From NCBI GenBank assembly GCA_938023335.1, contig CALIHA010000053.1, positions 73,015-137,014 of the forward strand: a stretch of 64,000 nucleotides of DNA, written 5' to 3'. Shown piece after piece: positions 8,152-17,836 of the stretch (positions within the stretch are counted from its first letter, which is position 1; each line of letters begins with the position of its first letter). A program made the position numbers and the translations under genes. The DNA is from an uncultured Collinsella sp. (GTDB lineage: Bacteria; Actinomycetota; Coriobacteriia; Coriobacteriales; Coriobacteriaceae). The notes under the pieces are model-generated. The model did no database searches. It was not told where the DNA came from and saw nothing but the letters and a program-made list of their open reading frames with translations.

Positions 8152-11055
8152 ATGACCCAGCCTTTGCCCTGGGAAAAGAACGCCGCGGTACCCGTGCCGC
8201 CCGTGCCGGAACCCGTGCCGCTCGATGCATATGCCGCCCCTGCTGCGCCGGAGCCCGAGCTCGTCCCGCTCGACATCTACGACGCTCCCGCGCCGGCACC
8301 CAAGCCCGCCAAACCGCTCGTCGACATCGACAGCCTTAATCCCGCCCAGCGCGAGGCGGTCCTGACCACCGAGGGCCCGTTGCTGGTCCTTGCCGGCGCC
8401 GGCTCGGGCAAGACCCGCGTCTTGACCTTCCGCATCGCACATATGCTTGGCGACCTGGGCGTTAAGCCTTGGCAGGTTCTTGCCATCACGTTTACCAACA
8501 AGGCTGCGGCCGAGATGCGCGAGCGTCTGGCGGCGCTCATCCCCAGCGGCACCCGCGGCATGTGGGTGTGCACCTTCCATGCCATGTGCGTGCGTATGCT
8601 GCGCGAGGACGCCGACCTGCTGGGCTACACCGGCCAGTTCACCATCTACGATGACGATGACTCAAAGCGCATGGTGCGCGATATTATGCAGGCGCTCGGC
8701 ATCGAGCAAAAGCAGTTCCCCATCAACATGATCCGCAGCAAGATCAGCTCGGCCAAAAACGCCATGATCGGGCCCGAGGACATGCTTAAATCCGCCGACA
8801 GCCCCAATGACAAAAAGGCCGCGCAGGTCTACCTGGAGCTGGAGCGCCGCCTGCGTGCCGCCAACGCGATGGACTTCGACGACCTGCTCGTGCGCACGCT
8901 CGAGCTGCTGCGCACCCGCCCCGAGGTGCTCGACAAGTACCAGGAGCGCTTCCGCTACATTAGCGTCGACGAGTATCAGGACACCAACCACGTCCAGTAC
9001 GAGATTGCCAACCTGCTGGCCGCCAAGTACCAAAACCTCATGGTCGTGGGCGACGACGACCAGTCCATCTACAGCTGGCGTGGCGCCGACATCACCAATA
9101 TCCTGGACTTTGAGAAGGACTTTAAAAACTGCAAGACCGTCAAGCTGGAGCAGAACTACCGCTCTACGGGTCATATCCTGAGCGCCGCCAACGCCGTTGT
9201 TCGCCACAACTCGCAGCGCAAGGATAAGCGCCTGTTTACGGCCGAGGGCGACGGCGAGAAGATTCAGGCCTTCCAGGCAAGCGATGAGCGCGACGAGGGC
9301 CGCTGGATTGCCGGCGAGATCGAAAAGCTGCACTCCAAGGGCACGAGCTACGACGACATCGCTGTGTTCTATCGCACCAACGCCCAGTCGCGTATTCTCG
9401 AAGATATGTTCCTGCGTGCGGGCGTGCCCTACAAGATCGTGGGCGGCACGCGATTCTTCGATCGCGCCGAGATCCGCGACGTCATGGCCTACCTCAAGAT
9501 GATCGTGAACCCGGCCGACGAGATGAGCGTCAAGCGTGTCATCAACACGCCGCGCCGCGGCATCGGCTCCACCTCGATCCAAAAGATTGAGCAGCTGGCG
9601 CGCGACAATCGTTGCTCGTTCTTCCAGGCTTGCGAGATCGCGTGCGCCGAGACCGGTATGTTTAGCGCCAAGGTGCGCAATGGCCTGTCGAGCTTTGTGG
9701 CGCTGGTGCGCGAGGGTCGCCGCATGAGCGGCGAGCTCAAGGACGTCGTCGAGATGATTGTCGATAAGACGGGTCTGCTGCAGGCGTTTCGCGCCGAGGG
9801 CACCATGGAGTCCGAGAGCCGCGCCGAGAACATCCAGGAATTCCTGGGCGTCGCCGCCGAATTTGAGGAGACGCACGAGGATATCGAGGGTACGCTCGAG
9901 AGCTTGGAAGAGCTGCGCGCGGCCGGTGTTGCCGACGTGCCTGCCGGCGCCGAGTCCGAGCCCGTCGTGGTGAGTGCGCCCGCGCCCGAGCCGGGACCGT
10001 CCGCTCCGGCATCCTCGTTTGAGGCACTCGTCGGCGCGCGCGATGCCGCAGGTTCCAATCCGCTCGATAACCTAGCCGCCCCGGCGCTCTCGCCGCAGGA
10101 TGCCTTGGCCGCCGCCATCGCGGGCAACGCGTATGCCGCGCCGACGGAGATGCCGGCGGGTGCCGTGCATGCCGACGAGATCGAGCGCACCTACGGCCCG
10201 CTCACCTGCAAGGCGCTGCCGGCACTCATGGAGTGGCTGGCCCTGCGCTCCGACTTGGATTCCCTGGCCGGCGAGACACATGCCATCACCATGATGACCA
10301 TCCACTCCGCTAAGGGCCTGGAGTTCCCCGCGGTGTTCGTGGCCGGCATGGAGGAGGGTATCTTCCCGCACGTGCACGACTTTGGCGGTAGTGACGATCC
10401 GGGCAAGCTCGAGGAAGAGCGTCGCCTGGCCTACGTCGCCATCACGCGTGCTCGCAAGCGCCTGTTCCTGACCTATGCGGCCACGCGTCGCACTTACGGC
10501 TCGACCTCTGCCAACCCGCGCTCGCGCTTCCTCAACGAGATTCCGTTCGAGGACATCGAGTTTAGCGGCATCGGTTCTGCCGGTTTTGAGGGCACGGGCT
10601 GGGAGAAACGCGGCGACCGTCACGGCACCTTTGGCTCGGGCATGGGCTCGGATATGTATGGCGGCAAGGTGTTTGGCTCGCATACGCGCTCGACCGGCGG
10701 TTCCGGTTCGCGCGGCGGATCGAGCTTCGACGATTTCTTTGGCGGCAGCAGCTATGGGACCGAGCGCCATCGTGGGGTCTCGCCCGACGCCGGCCGTGTT
10801 GCCTCGACCTTTGGCTCGGGCGCGCCGCGAGCCAAAAAGCCGTCGTCCAAGGTGTCGCCGACGGTGGAGCGCAAGGTCGATCGCGCCAGCGCGTCGCAGG
10901 ACTTTGCCGCGGGCGATACCGTGAGCCACAAGACCTTTGGCACGGGTACCGTTATCAGCGTCGCGGGCGACATGATCGAGGTACAGTTCGAAAAGACCGG
11001 CCAGACCAAAAAGCTCATGAAGGGCTTTGCGCCTATCGTCAAGCTGAATTCCTAA
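8152..11055 (+). CDS. pcrA: ATP-dependent DNA helicase PcrA/UvrD family, with an internal low-complexity insertion and a Gly/Ser-rich linker before a C-terminal Tudor-like domain
   Basis: LNPAQREAV, AGAGSGKTRVLT, VDEYQDTN, QNYRS, TIHSAKGLEFP, LAYVAITRARKRL; GAGGAG RBS before the ATG at 8152. Confidence 0.92.
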   Translation: MTQPLPWEKNAAVPVPPVPEPVPLDAYAAPAAPEPELVPLDIYDAPAPAPKPAKPLVDIDSLNPAQREAVLTTEGPLLVLAGAGSGKTRVLTFRIAHMLGDLGVKPWQVLAITFTNKAAAEMRERLAALIPSGTRGMWVCTFHAMCVRMLREDADLLGYTGQFTIYDDDDSKRMVRDIMQALGIEQKQFPINMIRSKISSAKNAMIGPEDMLKSADSPNDKKAAQVYLELERRLRAANAMDFDDLLVRTLELLRTRPEVLDKYQERFRYISVDEYQDTNHVQYEIANLLAAKYQNLMVVGDDDQSIYSWRGADITNILDFEKDFKNCKTVKLEQNYRSTGHILSAANAVVRHNSQRKDKRLFTAEGDGEKIQAFQASDERDEGRWIAGEIEKLHSKGTSYDDIAVFYRTNAQSRILEDMFLRAGVPYKIVGGTRFFDRAEIRDVMAYLKMIVNPADEMSVKRVINTPRRGIGSTSIQKIEQLARDNRCSFFQACEIACAETGMFSAKVRNGLSSFVALVREGRRMSGELKDVVEMIVDKTGLLQAFRAEGTMESESRAENIQEFLGVAAEFEETHEDIEGTLESLEELRAAGVADVPAGAESEPVVVSAPAPEPGPSAPASSFEALVGARDAAGSNPLDNLAAPALSPQDALAAAIAGNAYAAPTEMPAGAVHADEIERTYGPLTCKALPALMEWLALRSDLDSLAGETHAITMMTIHSAKGLEFPAVFVAGMEEGIFPHVHDFGGSDDPGKLEEERRLAYVAITRARKRLFLTYAATRRTYGSTSANPRSRFLNEIPFEDIEFSGIGSAGFEGTGWEKRGDRHGTFGSGMGSDMYGGKVFGSHTRSTGGSGSRGGSSFDDFFGGSSYGTERHRGVSPDAGRVASTFGSGAPRAKKPSSKVSPTVERKVDRASASQDFAAGDTVSHKTFGTGTVISVAGDMIEVQFEKTGQTKKLMKGFAPIVKLNS

Positions 11056-11342
11056 CTGCAAGGTTGACCGGGCGCGCCGGGGGCTTTGATCGCCTGCTCG
11101 GACAGTCCTGCTCGCACGGAGAGCACATTAAGTGCTCTCCGGCTCGTGCGGAACTCGCGATCGACCAAAGCCCCCGGCGTGCCCTCTTCCTTGCGGCGTT
11201 TTGGCCTGCAGCTTGCGAACGTTGCTTTGCTCGTTTGCTTTTTGGTCTGGAGAGCCGGGTGGGCTGATATATAGATACGAGTAGGGGCTCCTCCGTTGAT
11301 GAACGGGGGAGCCCCTTGTTTCGTTTTGGTTGTTGTTGCGAC

Positions 11343-12275
11343 CTAGAGGTGGCTGATGATCAGTTCCATCTTGCCTTTGAGGTCAATGGAGCTGACGGTA
11401 CTGGGTGCCAGCAGGTGACTGCCCTTGTGGACGGGGTCGCCGCAGACGGTGCCTTCGCCGTCGATGACCGACAGGCACATGAAGGGCCAGCGCTGCTCGA
11501 GGGTCTTGCTGCCGTCGACGCGCACGCGATCGACGGTGTAGCAGGGGTTGGACTCGAGCTCGGTCACGCCATCGACCTCGGGCGCGGTCACCGTGCCGTC
11601 GGTCGGAGCCTGCGCGTTAAAGTCGATGCAATCGAGGCTCTGCTCAATGTGCAGCGGGCGCAGCTTGCCGTCGGTGCCGGGGCGGTCGTAGTCGTACAGG
11701 CGATACGTCACGTCGCTCGATTGCTGCGTCTCTAAAATGAGCGTGCCGGTCTTGATGGCGTGCACGGTACCGGAATCAATCTGGAAAAAGTCACCCTTGT
11801 GAATCGGCAGCACGTTGAGCATGTCGTCCCAGTGGCCGTCTTCGATCATCTGTGCGGCCTCGGCACGATCCTTGGCGCGCTGCCCGACGATAATCGTGGC
11901 GCCGGGCTCGCAGTCCAGCACGTACCAGCACTCGGTCTTGCCCAGGCTACCGTTCTCATGCTCGGCGGCATACTCGTCGTTGGGATGAATCTGGATCGAA
12001 AGGTCGTCCTTGGCGTCCAGGATCTTAATGAGCAGCGGGAACTCCTTGCCCTCGCAGTTGCCAAAGAGCTCGCGGTGCTCGGCCCACAGCCACGACAGTG
12101 TGTGGCCGGCATACGGGCCCTCCGCGATCTGGCAGTCGCCGTTGGGGTGTGCCGAGATGGCCCAGCACTCACCGATGGGACCCTCGGGAATGTCGTAACC
12201 AAATACGGTTTCGAGCTGGCGGCCGCCCCAGATCTTCTCGTGGAAGATCGGCGTCAGTTTAATCAAATCGGACAT
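11343..12275 (-). CDS. manA: Mannose-6-phosphate isomerase, class I
   Basis: LTPIFHEKIWGG, ECWAISAHPNG, QIHPND, ECWYVL. Start placed at the ATG 7 nt after GGGGG; the ATG at 12281 is an alternative. Confidence 0.87.
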   Translation of the reverse strand: MSDLIKLTPIFHEKIWGGRQLETVFGYDIPEGPIGECWAISAHPNGDCQIAEGPYAGHTLSWLWAEHRELFGNCEGKEFPLLIKILDAKDDLSIQIHPNDEYAAEHENGSLGKTECWYVLDCEPGATIIVGQRAKDRAEAAQMIEDGHWDDMLNVLPIHKGDFFQIDSGTVHAIKTGTLILETQQSSDVTYRLYDYDRPGTDGKLRPLHIEQSLDCIDFNAQAPTDGTVTAPEVDGVTELESNPCYTVDRVRVDGSKTLEQRWPFMCLSVIDGEGTVCGDPVHKGSHLLAPSTVSSIDLKGKMELIISHL

Positions 12276-12350
12276 GTTCATACCCCCATGGTGTTGTGCG
12301 GTCGCCCACTCTAAACGAGCCATAACGTGCGCCCGCATGACTACAAAAAC

Positions 12351-13070
12351 CTATGCCAACGTTACGTTGTGCAGCTCAAAGCGGTCGCCGACGTTGCGCG
12401 AAATCGAGTACTCAAAGGCGTTGCCGCTATCCAAAAAGCCAATCTGGTTGAGCTCGAGCAGGGGAGCGCCGGGTTCGGTGTCCAGGCGCTCAGCCTCTTC
12501 CTCGGTTGCCGCTACGGCGCGGATGGTGCGGTGGAAGCTCGAAATCTTCAGCCCGCATTGCTCGCGGATGAAGCTGTAGACCGATCCATACAGGTCTTTC
12601 TTTTTAAGGCCCGGTATCAGCTCGAGAGGCATGTAGGTGTACTCGATGACGATGGGCTTCTCGTTGACCTGGCGCACGCGCACGATGTGATAGGCAAAGT
12701 CGTCCTCGGCAATTCCCAGCTGAGTAGCGACGTCCGCCGGTGGATTGACAATCGAGAAATCGTAGACCACCGAGGTCACCTTCTCCCCGCGGTGCTCATA
12801 CGAAAAACCCTGGGCGCGGTCATTTTTGCCCTGGAAAAATGCCTGGTCGGGGAGACCCGCCGTGTCCTTAACGTAGGTGCCCGACCCGCGCCGGCTGGTG
12901 ACAAGGCCCTCCTCGGTGATCTGCTCGATAGCTCGTTTGACGGTGATTTTGGAAACGCTATAGAGCTCGCAGAACTCAACGACGGTGGGTAGCTTGTCGC
13001 CCGGCTTTAGAGCGCCGTCCTCGATGCTTCGACGGATATCTGCAGCTATTGCCTCGTATTTGGGAATCAT
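12351..13070 (-). CDS. GntR-family (HutC/UTRA subfamily) transcriptional regulator, apparently in an operon with manA
   Basis: N-terminal wHTH (KLPTVVEFCELYSVSKITVKRAIEQI) plus a UTRA-like C-terminus; AGGAGG RBS. Confidence 0.88.
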   Translation of the reverse strand: MIPKYEAIAADIRRSIEDGALKPGDKLPTVVEFCELYSVSKITVKRAIEQITEEGLVTSRRGSGTYVKDTAGLPDQAFFQGKNDRAQGFSYEHRGEKVTSVVYDFSIVNPPADVATQLGIAEDDFAYHIVRVRQVNEKPIVIEYTYMPLELIPGLKKKDLYGSVYSFIREQCGLKISSFHRTIRAVAATEEEAERLDTEPGAPLLELNQIGFLDSGNAFEYSISRNVGDRFELHNVTLA

Positions 13071-13410
13071 GGAACCTCCTTTCCGGCTTGATTGAGTACA
13101 AACGAAAGTATAGTCCACGCCTAAGCATCCCTATTGCGTTTTTGAAAAGTTCGAGAAAGAGATAATTGAAAAACGCTTCTCTTTAACAACTAGAGCGCTT
13201 CAAATTAATATGCACTCTAATAATGTGGTATTGAGCAAATTGATTGGCTCGAGGACGGGGTTGGGCCGTTTTGCCGCCCAGCGAACCGAATTTCATGCCT
13301 TGCGTTTTCCCAGATAAAACCTGCCAAAACAAACCTGTCCCTTTTTGACAGGTTTTTGCCTGGGGAGCGGTACCATACAGGCAATGTTTAAACGAGAAAG
13401 GTGGGCTCCC

Positions 13411-14364
13411 ATGGAACCTAAGCAGTACTATATCGGCATCGACGTTGGCGGCACTTCGGTTAAGGAAGGCCTGTTCGACGAGGACGGCAACCTGCTTGCC
13501 AAGGCCAGCGTGCCCACGCCTCCTATCGTTGACGCCGCGGGCTTTGCCGCGGTGACCGAGGCTATCGACCAGGTGGTCGCCAAGGCCCAGATTCCGCGCG
13601 CCTTTGTGGCGGGTATTGGCCTGGCCGTTCCGTGCCCCATCCCGGCATCGGGCGATGCCAAGGTCAAGGCCAACATTGCCATTAACCTGCCCGAGCTAAG
13701 AGTCGCCATTCAGGAGCACTGCCCCGACGCGGTCGTTAAGTACGAAAACGATGCCAACGCCGCTGCCATGGGCGAGGCCTGGCTCGGCTCTGCCAAGGGC
13801 GTACAGAACGTGGTGATGGTCACCATCGGTACCGGCGTGGGCGGTGGCGTTATCGTTAACGGCGACGTGGTATCGGGCGTTGTGGGTGCCGGCGGCGAGA
13901 TTGGCCACATGTGCCTGAACCCCGAAGAGGAGCGCACCTGCGGCTGTGGCGGCCATGGCCATCTGGAGCAGTATTCCAGCGCCACCGGCGTGGTGAGTAA
14001 CTACCTTGCCGAGTGCAAGAAGGCGGGCGTCGAGCCCATCGAGCTCACCGGGCCTTCTGATTCCAAGGACGTGTTCCAGGCCTGCCGCGAGGGTGACAAG
14101 CTCGCGCTGGCAGCTGCCGATACCATGGCCGACTATCTCGGCCGCGCCCTGGCGCTTATTGCCAACGTGGTCGATCCCGAGATGTTCCTGATCGGCGGCG
14201 GTGCTTCCGCTTCGGCCGATGTCTACCTCGACAAGGTCCGCGAGCACTTTAAGCAGTACGCGCTCTCCGCCTCGCGCGAGACGCCCATTAAGGTCGCTTC
14301 GCTCGGCAACGACGCCGGCATCATCGGTGCCGCTTACGTAGCCCTGCGCGCCGCCGGTAAATAG
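13411..14364 (+). CDS. glk: ROK-family glucokinase
   Basis: YIGIDVGGTSVK, GTGVGGGVI, zinc motif GHMCL...CGCGGHGHLEQY. Confidence 0.85.
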   Translation: MEPKQYYIGIDVGGTSVKEGLFDEDGNLLAKASVPTPPIVDAAGFAAVTEAIDQVVAKAQIPRAFVAGIGLAVPCPIPASGDAKVKANIAINLPELRVAIQEHCPDAVVKYENDANAAAMGEAWLGSAKGVQNVVMVTIGTGVGGGVIVNGDVVSGVVGAGGEIGHMCLNPEEERTCGCGGHGHLEQYSSATGVVSNYLAECKKAGVEPIELTGPSDSKDVFQACREGDKLALAAADTMADYLGRALALIANVVDPEMFLIGGGASASADVYLDKVREHFKQYALSASRETPIKVASLGNDAGIIGAAYVALRAAGK

Positions 14365-14509
14365 CTGGTGCGGGGGCAGGTGGTGAGGGGGTAGGCCTCG
14401 CCTCAACGTTTGTCCCAAATTGCGCTGCGCCCCTTCCGTTTCAGAAGGTTCGGCGTCAGCGTGCTACCATAGACACGTATGAGTACACACACGCATATGG
14501 AGGAAACCC

Positions 14510-15433
14510 ATGGCAAACGTTCTTGTCTTTGGTCACCAGAACCCCGATAACGACGCCATCATGAGCGCCGTCGTCCTGTCCCAGCTGCTCAACCAGGTTG
14601 AGTATGCCGGCAACACCTACGAGGCCTGCGCCCTTGGTCAGCTTCCGGCAGAGTCCGCCAAGCTGCTTGCCGACGCCGGCATCGCCGAGCCCCGCGTGAT
14701 TGAGTCCGTCGAGGCCGGTCAGCTCGTCGTCCTCACCGACCACAACGAGTCCGCCCAGTCCGTCGCAGGCCTTAAGGACGCCACGGTCTTTGGCGTCGTC
14801 GACCATCACCGCATCGGCGACTTCGAGACCGCCGGTCCGCTGCACTACATCTGCCTGCCCTGGGGCTCCAGCTGCACCATCGTCACCAAGCTCGCCGACG
14901 TGCTCGGCGTTGAGCTTTCCGACGTCCAGGCCAAGCTGCTGCTCTCGGCCATGATGACCGACACGCTCATGCTCAAGAGCCCCACCACCACCGATGTCGA
15001 CCGCGCCGTTGCCGCCAAGCTCGGCGAGCAGGTGGGCGTCGACCCGGTCAAGTTTGGCATGGAGGTCTTCCTCACCCGTCCGTCCGGCTCCTTCACCGCA
15101 GCCGAGATGGTCGGCAACGACATCAAGATGTTCGAGCCCGCTGGCAAGAAGCTGCTCATCGGCCAGTACGAGACCGTCGACAAGAGCCGCGCACTCGGCA
15201 TGATCGACGAGATCCGCGAGGCCATGCGCGCCTACGCCGCCGAGAAGGGCGCCGACGGCATTGTCCTGTGCATCACCGACATCATGGAGGAGGGCTCGCA
15301 GGTCCTGCTCGAGGGCGAGACCGAGGCTGCTCAGAAGGGCCTGGGCATTGCTGACGAGCACGACGGCGTCTGGATGCCGGGTGTCCTTTCCCGTAAGAAG
15401 CAGGTCGCTGCCCCCATTATGGCCGCCTGCTAG
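14510..15433 (+). CDS. ppaC: Manganese-dependent inorganic pyrophosphatase (family II, DHH)
   Basis: VFGHQNPDNDAI, VVDHHRIG, DHHA2-like C-terminus. Confidence 0.92.
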   Translation: MANVLVFGHQNPDNDAIMSAVVLSQLLNQVEYAGNTYEACALGQLPAESAKLLADAGIAEPRVIESVEAGQLVVLTDHNESAQSVAGLKDATVFGVVDHHRIGDFETAGPLHYICLPWGSSCTIVTKLADVLGVELSDVQAKLLLSAMMTDTLMLKSPTTTDVDRAVAAKLGEQVGVDPVKFGMEVFLTRPSGSFTAAEMVGNDIKMFEPAGKKLLIGQYETVDKSRALGMIDEIREAMRAYAAEKGADGIVLCITDIMEEGSQVLLEGETEAAQKGLGIADEHDGVWMPGVLSRKKQVAAPIMAAC

Positions 15434-15452
15434 GTTTAGTTGACCAAACGCC

Positions 15453-15492
15453 ACGACCGGATCGCGGACGCCCCGCGCTCCGGTCGTTTTTT
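15453..15492 (+). terminator. Intrinsic terminator after ppaC
   Basis: ACGACCGG...CCGGTCGT stem followed by TTTTTT. Confidence 0.7.
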
Positions 15493-15631
15493 GTGCACGT
15501 CGCCGCGTCGTCTCTTGGACAGGCGTGCCTGTGCCGTTGAGCAAATAATGTTCAACCTGTGGTTCCGCTTTTCGGCCGCGCTTGCGCGCTTGTCGCGCAG
15601 GGTAGGCTAGATGCAAGCGTAATACGTTAGA

Positions 15632-15667
15632 GCGCGGCGCCGCCATCTGGGCGGGCCGTGCTTTTTT
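15632..15667 (+). terminator. Strong hairpin plus U6 located inside the nhaA leader, 33 nt before the nhaA start codon (attenuator-like)
   Basis: GCGCGGCGCCGCC-AUCU-GGGCGGGCCGUGC (about 12 bp with one bulge) then TTTTTT at 15662-15667. Confidence 0.65.
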
Positions 15668-15700
15668 AAGACGGGAGCTTTCCCGTGAAAGGAGCCGCCC

Positions 15701-17059
15701 ATGGCAGCAACTGAGCAGCTGTTCAATGTTCGTGAGCGCAAGCGCTTTGAACGTCACGACATCTGGGAGCGCATCGCCGAGAACGGCACCATTTCTGCCG
15801 CCGTCATGGTGATCGCCGCCATCGCCGCCGTCATCTGCGCCAATACCGATGCCTACGAGGCCATCCATCACTTTTTGGAGACCCCGCTGTATGTGGGTCT
15901 GGGCAACCTTACGGCTGGTCTCACCGTTGAGCTTTTCGTCAACGACTTCCTCATGGCGATTTTCTTTTTGTTGGTGGGCATTGAGCTTAAGTACGAGATG
16001 ACGGTCGGCGAGCTCAAGAATCCGCGTCAGGCCATGCTTCCCATGTTGGCGGCCGTGGGCGGCGTCGTCGTTCCCGCCTGCATCTACCTGATCTTTAACC
16101 ATGCCGGCGCCCGCAACGGTTGGGCCATCCCCATGGCAACCGATATTGCCTTTGCGCTGGGCGTGCTGTCGCTTTTGGGCAATCGCGTGCCCAACGGCGT
16201 GCGCGTGTTCTTCTCGACGCTCGCCATCGCCGACGACCTGATCTCCATCGCCGCCATCGCCATCTTCTACGGTCAGAGCCCCAATCCGTTTTGGTTGGGC
16301 GCCGCCGCGCTTGTGACCTGCGCGCTCGTGTGGCTTAACAAGACGCAGCATTACCGCCTTGCCCCGTATTCGGTACTGGGGCTGCTGCTGTGGTTCTGCA
16401 TGTTCAAGAGCGGCGTACATGCCACGCTTGCTGGCGTCATCTTGGCCTTTACCATCCCGGCCAAGTGTGGCGTCAAGCTCGATAGCCTCACCGATTGGCT
16501 GGGCGAGTGCCTGCCGCTGCTCGATGACCGCTACGATGATGAGGCACACATCCTGGGCCAGCATGACTTTACCGTCTCGACAACCAAGGTCGAGCGCGTC
16601 ATGCACCGCGTGACCCCGCCGCTTATCCGCATGGAGCGTCTGATCTCCACGCCGGTCAACTTTGTGATCCTGCCGATCTTTGCGTTCGTAAACGCTCAGG
16701 TTCGCTTAGTGGGCGTGGACATGAGCACGCTGCTCACCGACCCGGTGACGCTCGGCGTGTACTTTGGCATGCTGCTGGGCAAGCCGATCGGCATCTTTGG
16801 TATGACGTTTGCCCTGGTTAAGCTTAAGGCCTGCGAGCTGCCGCACAATGTCAACTGGCACATGATTGCCGGCGTGGGCATTCTGGGCGGTATCGGCTTT
16901 ACCATGTCGATTCTCATCAGCGGCCTTGCCTTCCCGACGGCCCAGTTTGAGGTTCTTGCAGCCAAGGCCGCTATTCTCGCCGGTTCGGTCACCGCAGCCG
17001 TGCTTGGCATGATCTACATGAGTGTGATCTGCAAGCACCCCGCGACCAAGGACGAGTAA
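15701..17059 (+). CDS. nhaA: Na+/H+ antiporter NhaA
   Basis: 452 aa polytopic; FFLLVGIELKYE, ATDIAFALGVL, GILGGIGFTMS; GAAAGGAG RBS. Confidence 0.9.
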   Translation: MAATEQLFNVRERKRFERHDIWERIAENGTISAAVMVIAAIAAVICANTDAYEAIHHFLETPLYVGLGNLTAGLTVELFVNDFLMAIFFLLVGIELKYEMTVGELKNPRQAMLPMLAAVGGVVVPACIYLIFNHAGARNGWAIPMATDIAFALGVLSLLGNRVPNGVRVFFSTLAIADDLISIAAIAIFYGQSPNPFWLGAAALVTCALVWLNKTQHYRLAPYSVLGLLLWFCMFKSGVHATLAGVILAFTIPAKCGVKLDSLTDWLGECLPLLDDRYDDEAHILGQHDFTVSTTKVERVMHRVTPPLIRMERLISTPVNFVILPIFAFVNAQVRLVGVDMSTLLTDPVTLGVYFGMLLGKPIGIFGMTFALVKLKACELPHNVNWHMIAGVGILGGIGFTMSILISGLAFPTAQFEVLAAKAAILAGSVTAAVLGMIYMSVICKHPATKDE

Positions 17060-17149
17060 GAGCGCGAAAACCGGCTCCAGAACCGATTCGGGCGCGTTCA
17101 AAATGCGGATTCGGGCGGTGCTTGCCGCCTGCCAGACACGCCAGTGGTC

Positions 17150-17375
17150 AAAAAACGCCGTTTGTGAGTACTGTCACAAACGGCGTATCATTTTAGGTGC
17201 GGAAAATAATGAACAAAGTTATAAGAACTGTAAGTTAATGAGTGACCATCGACTTCCAATTTGGCGCTAGCTGACGGTGATTAGGAAGTTTCAAGTCGAG
17301 TTTTGCCGATTTCGACCAAGAATCGCTGCTACTAAAAAGGTAACAGTACTCATATTTGCCCTTTTTTGGCCACAA
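17150..17375. repeat. Degenerate second copy of the MITE-like element seen at 31709-31931
   Basis: The right arm at 17326-17373 matches the right terminal repeat of the 31.7-kb element by eye (shared AGTACTCATATTTGCC core). The left side has GAGTACTGTCAC, and the interior shares ATAATGAACAAAGTTATAAGAACTGTAAG vs ATAATAAACAAATGTAGAATAACTAAG. Confidence 0.45.
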
Positions 17376-17432
17376 GCCCTAAAACAAGCCTCGCCAAGGT
17401 CGGGAAGCGGGCCAAATCGCCGGCCTCGAGGC

Positions 17433-17687
17433 TTATTCCACCGTTCCGTAGACGGCGCCCCAGCCGTGGGCAGCCAAGGCGGAGTTGAGCTGGTCGCACA
17501 GCGACCGGCGATCGTAGCAGCCGGGCGGCAAAAGGTTCACGATTTCCATGAGGTCGGGTGCCAAGTCGACGATTTCGGCCTGCACGATTAGGTCAAGCCG
17601 GTCGATGGCGTGGCGGTCGTAAAACAGTCCGTCGACCAGGCGCTGCAGGTCACCGAATTCCTCGGCCTGGAACAATCCGTACTCCAT
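17433..17687 (-). CDS. Small hypothetical protein (84 aa)
   Basis: AAGGAGG RBS before MEYGLFQAEEF; no family recognised. Confidence 0.5.
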   Translation of the reverse strand: MEYGLFQAEEFGDLQRLVDGLFYDRHAIDRLDLIVQAEIVDLAPDLMEIVNLLPPGCYDRRSLCDQLNSALAAHGWGAVYGTVE

Positions 17688-17836
17688 AGTGCCTCCTTGG
17701 GCGCCCCACGCCGGCATGCGCGGCGATTCGTAATTTATTGCGATGGACTTAATCTATCACGGCTTCATAACGTTGCGGCGGTGGCGGTCTATACTTAGAC
17801 GAACTGCAACGTCCCGCTTCGCGAAAGGTCGCACCC

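Noticed and set aside
13104-13118. GTGGACTATACTT (minus-strand reading), a possible dre-like site in front of the first GntR/HutC regulator.
   Set aside because: It matches only about 9 of 14 positions of a TGGT-N4-ACCA-type palindrome and has no second copy, so the evidence is too weak to report as a site.
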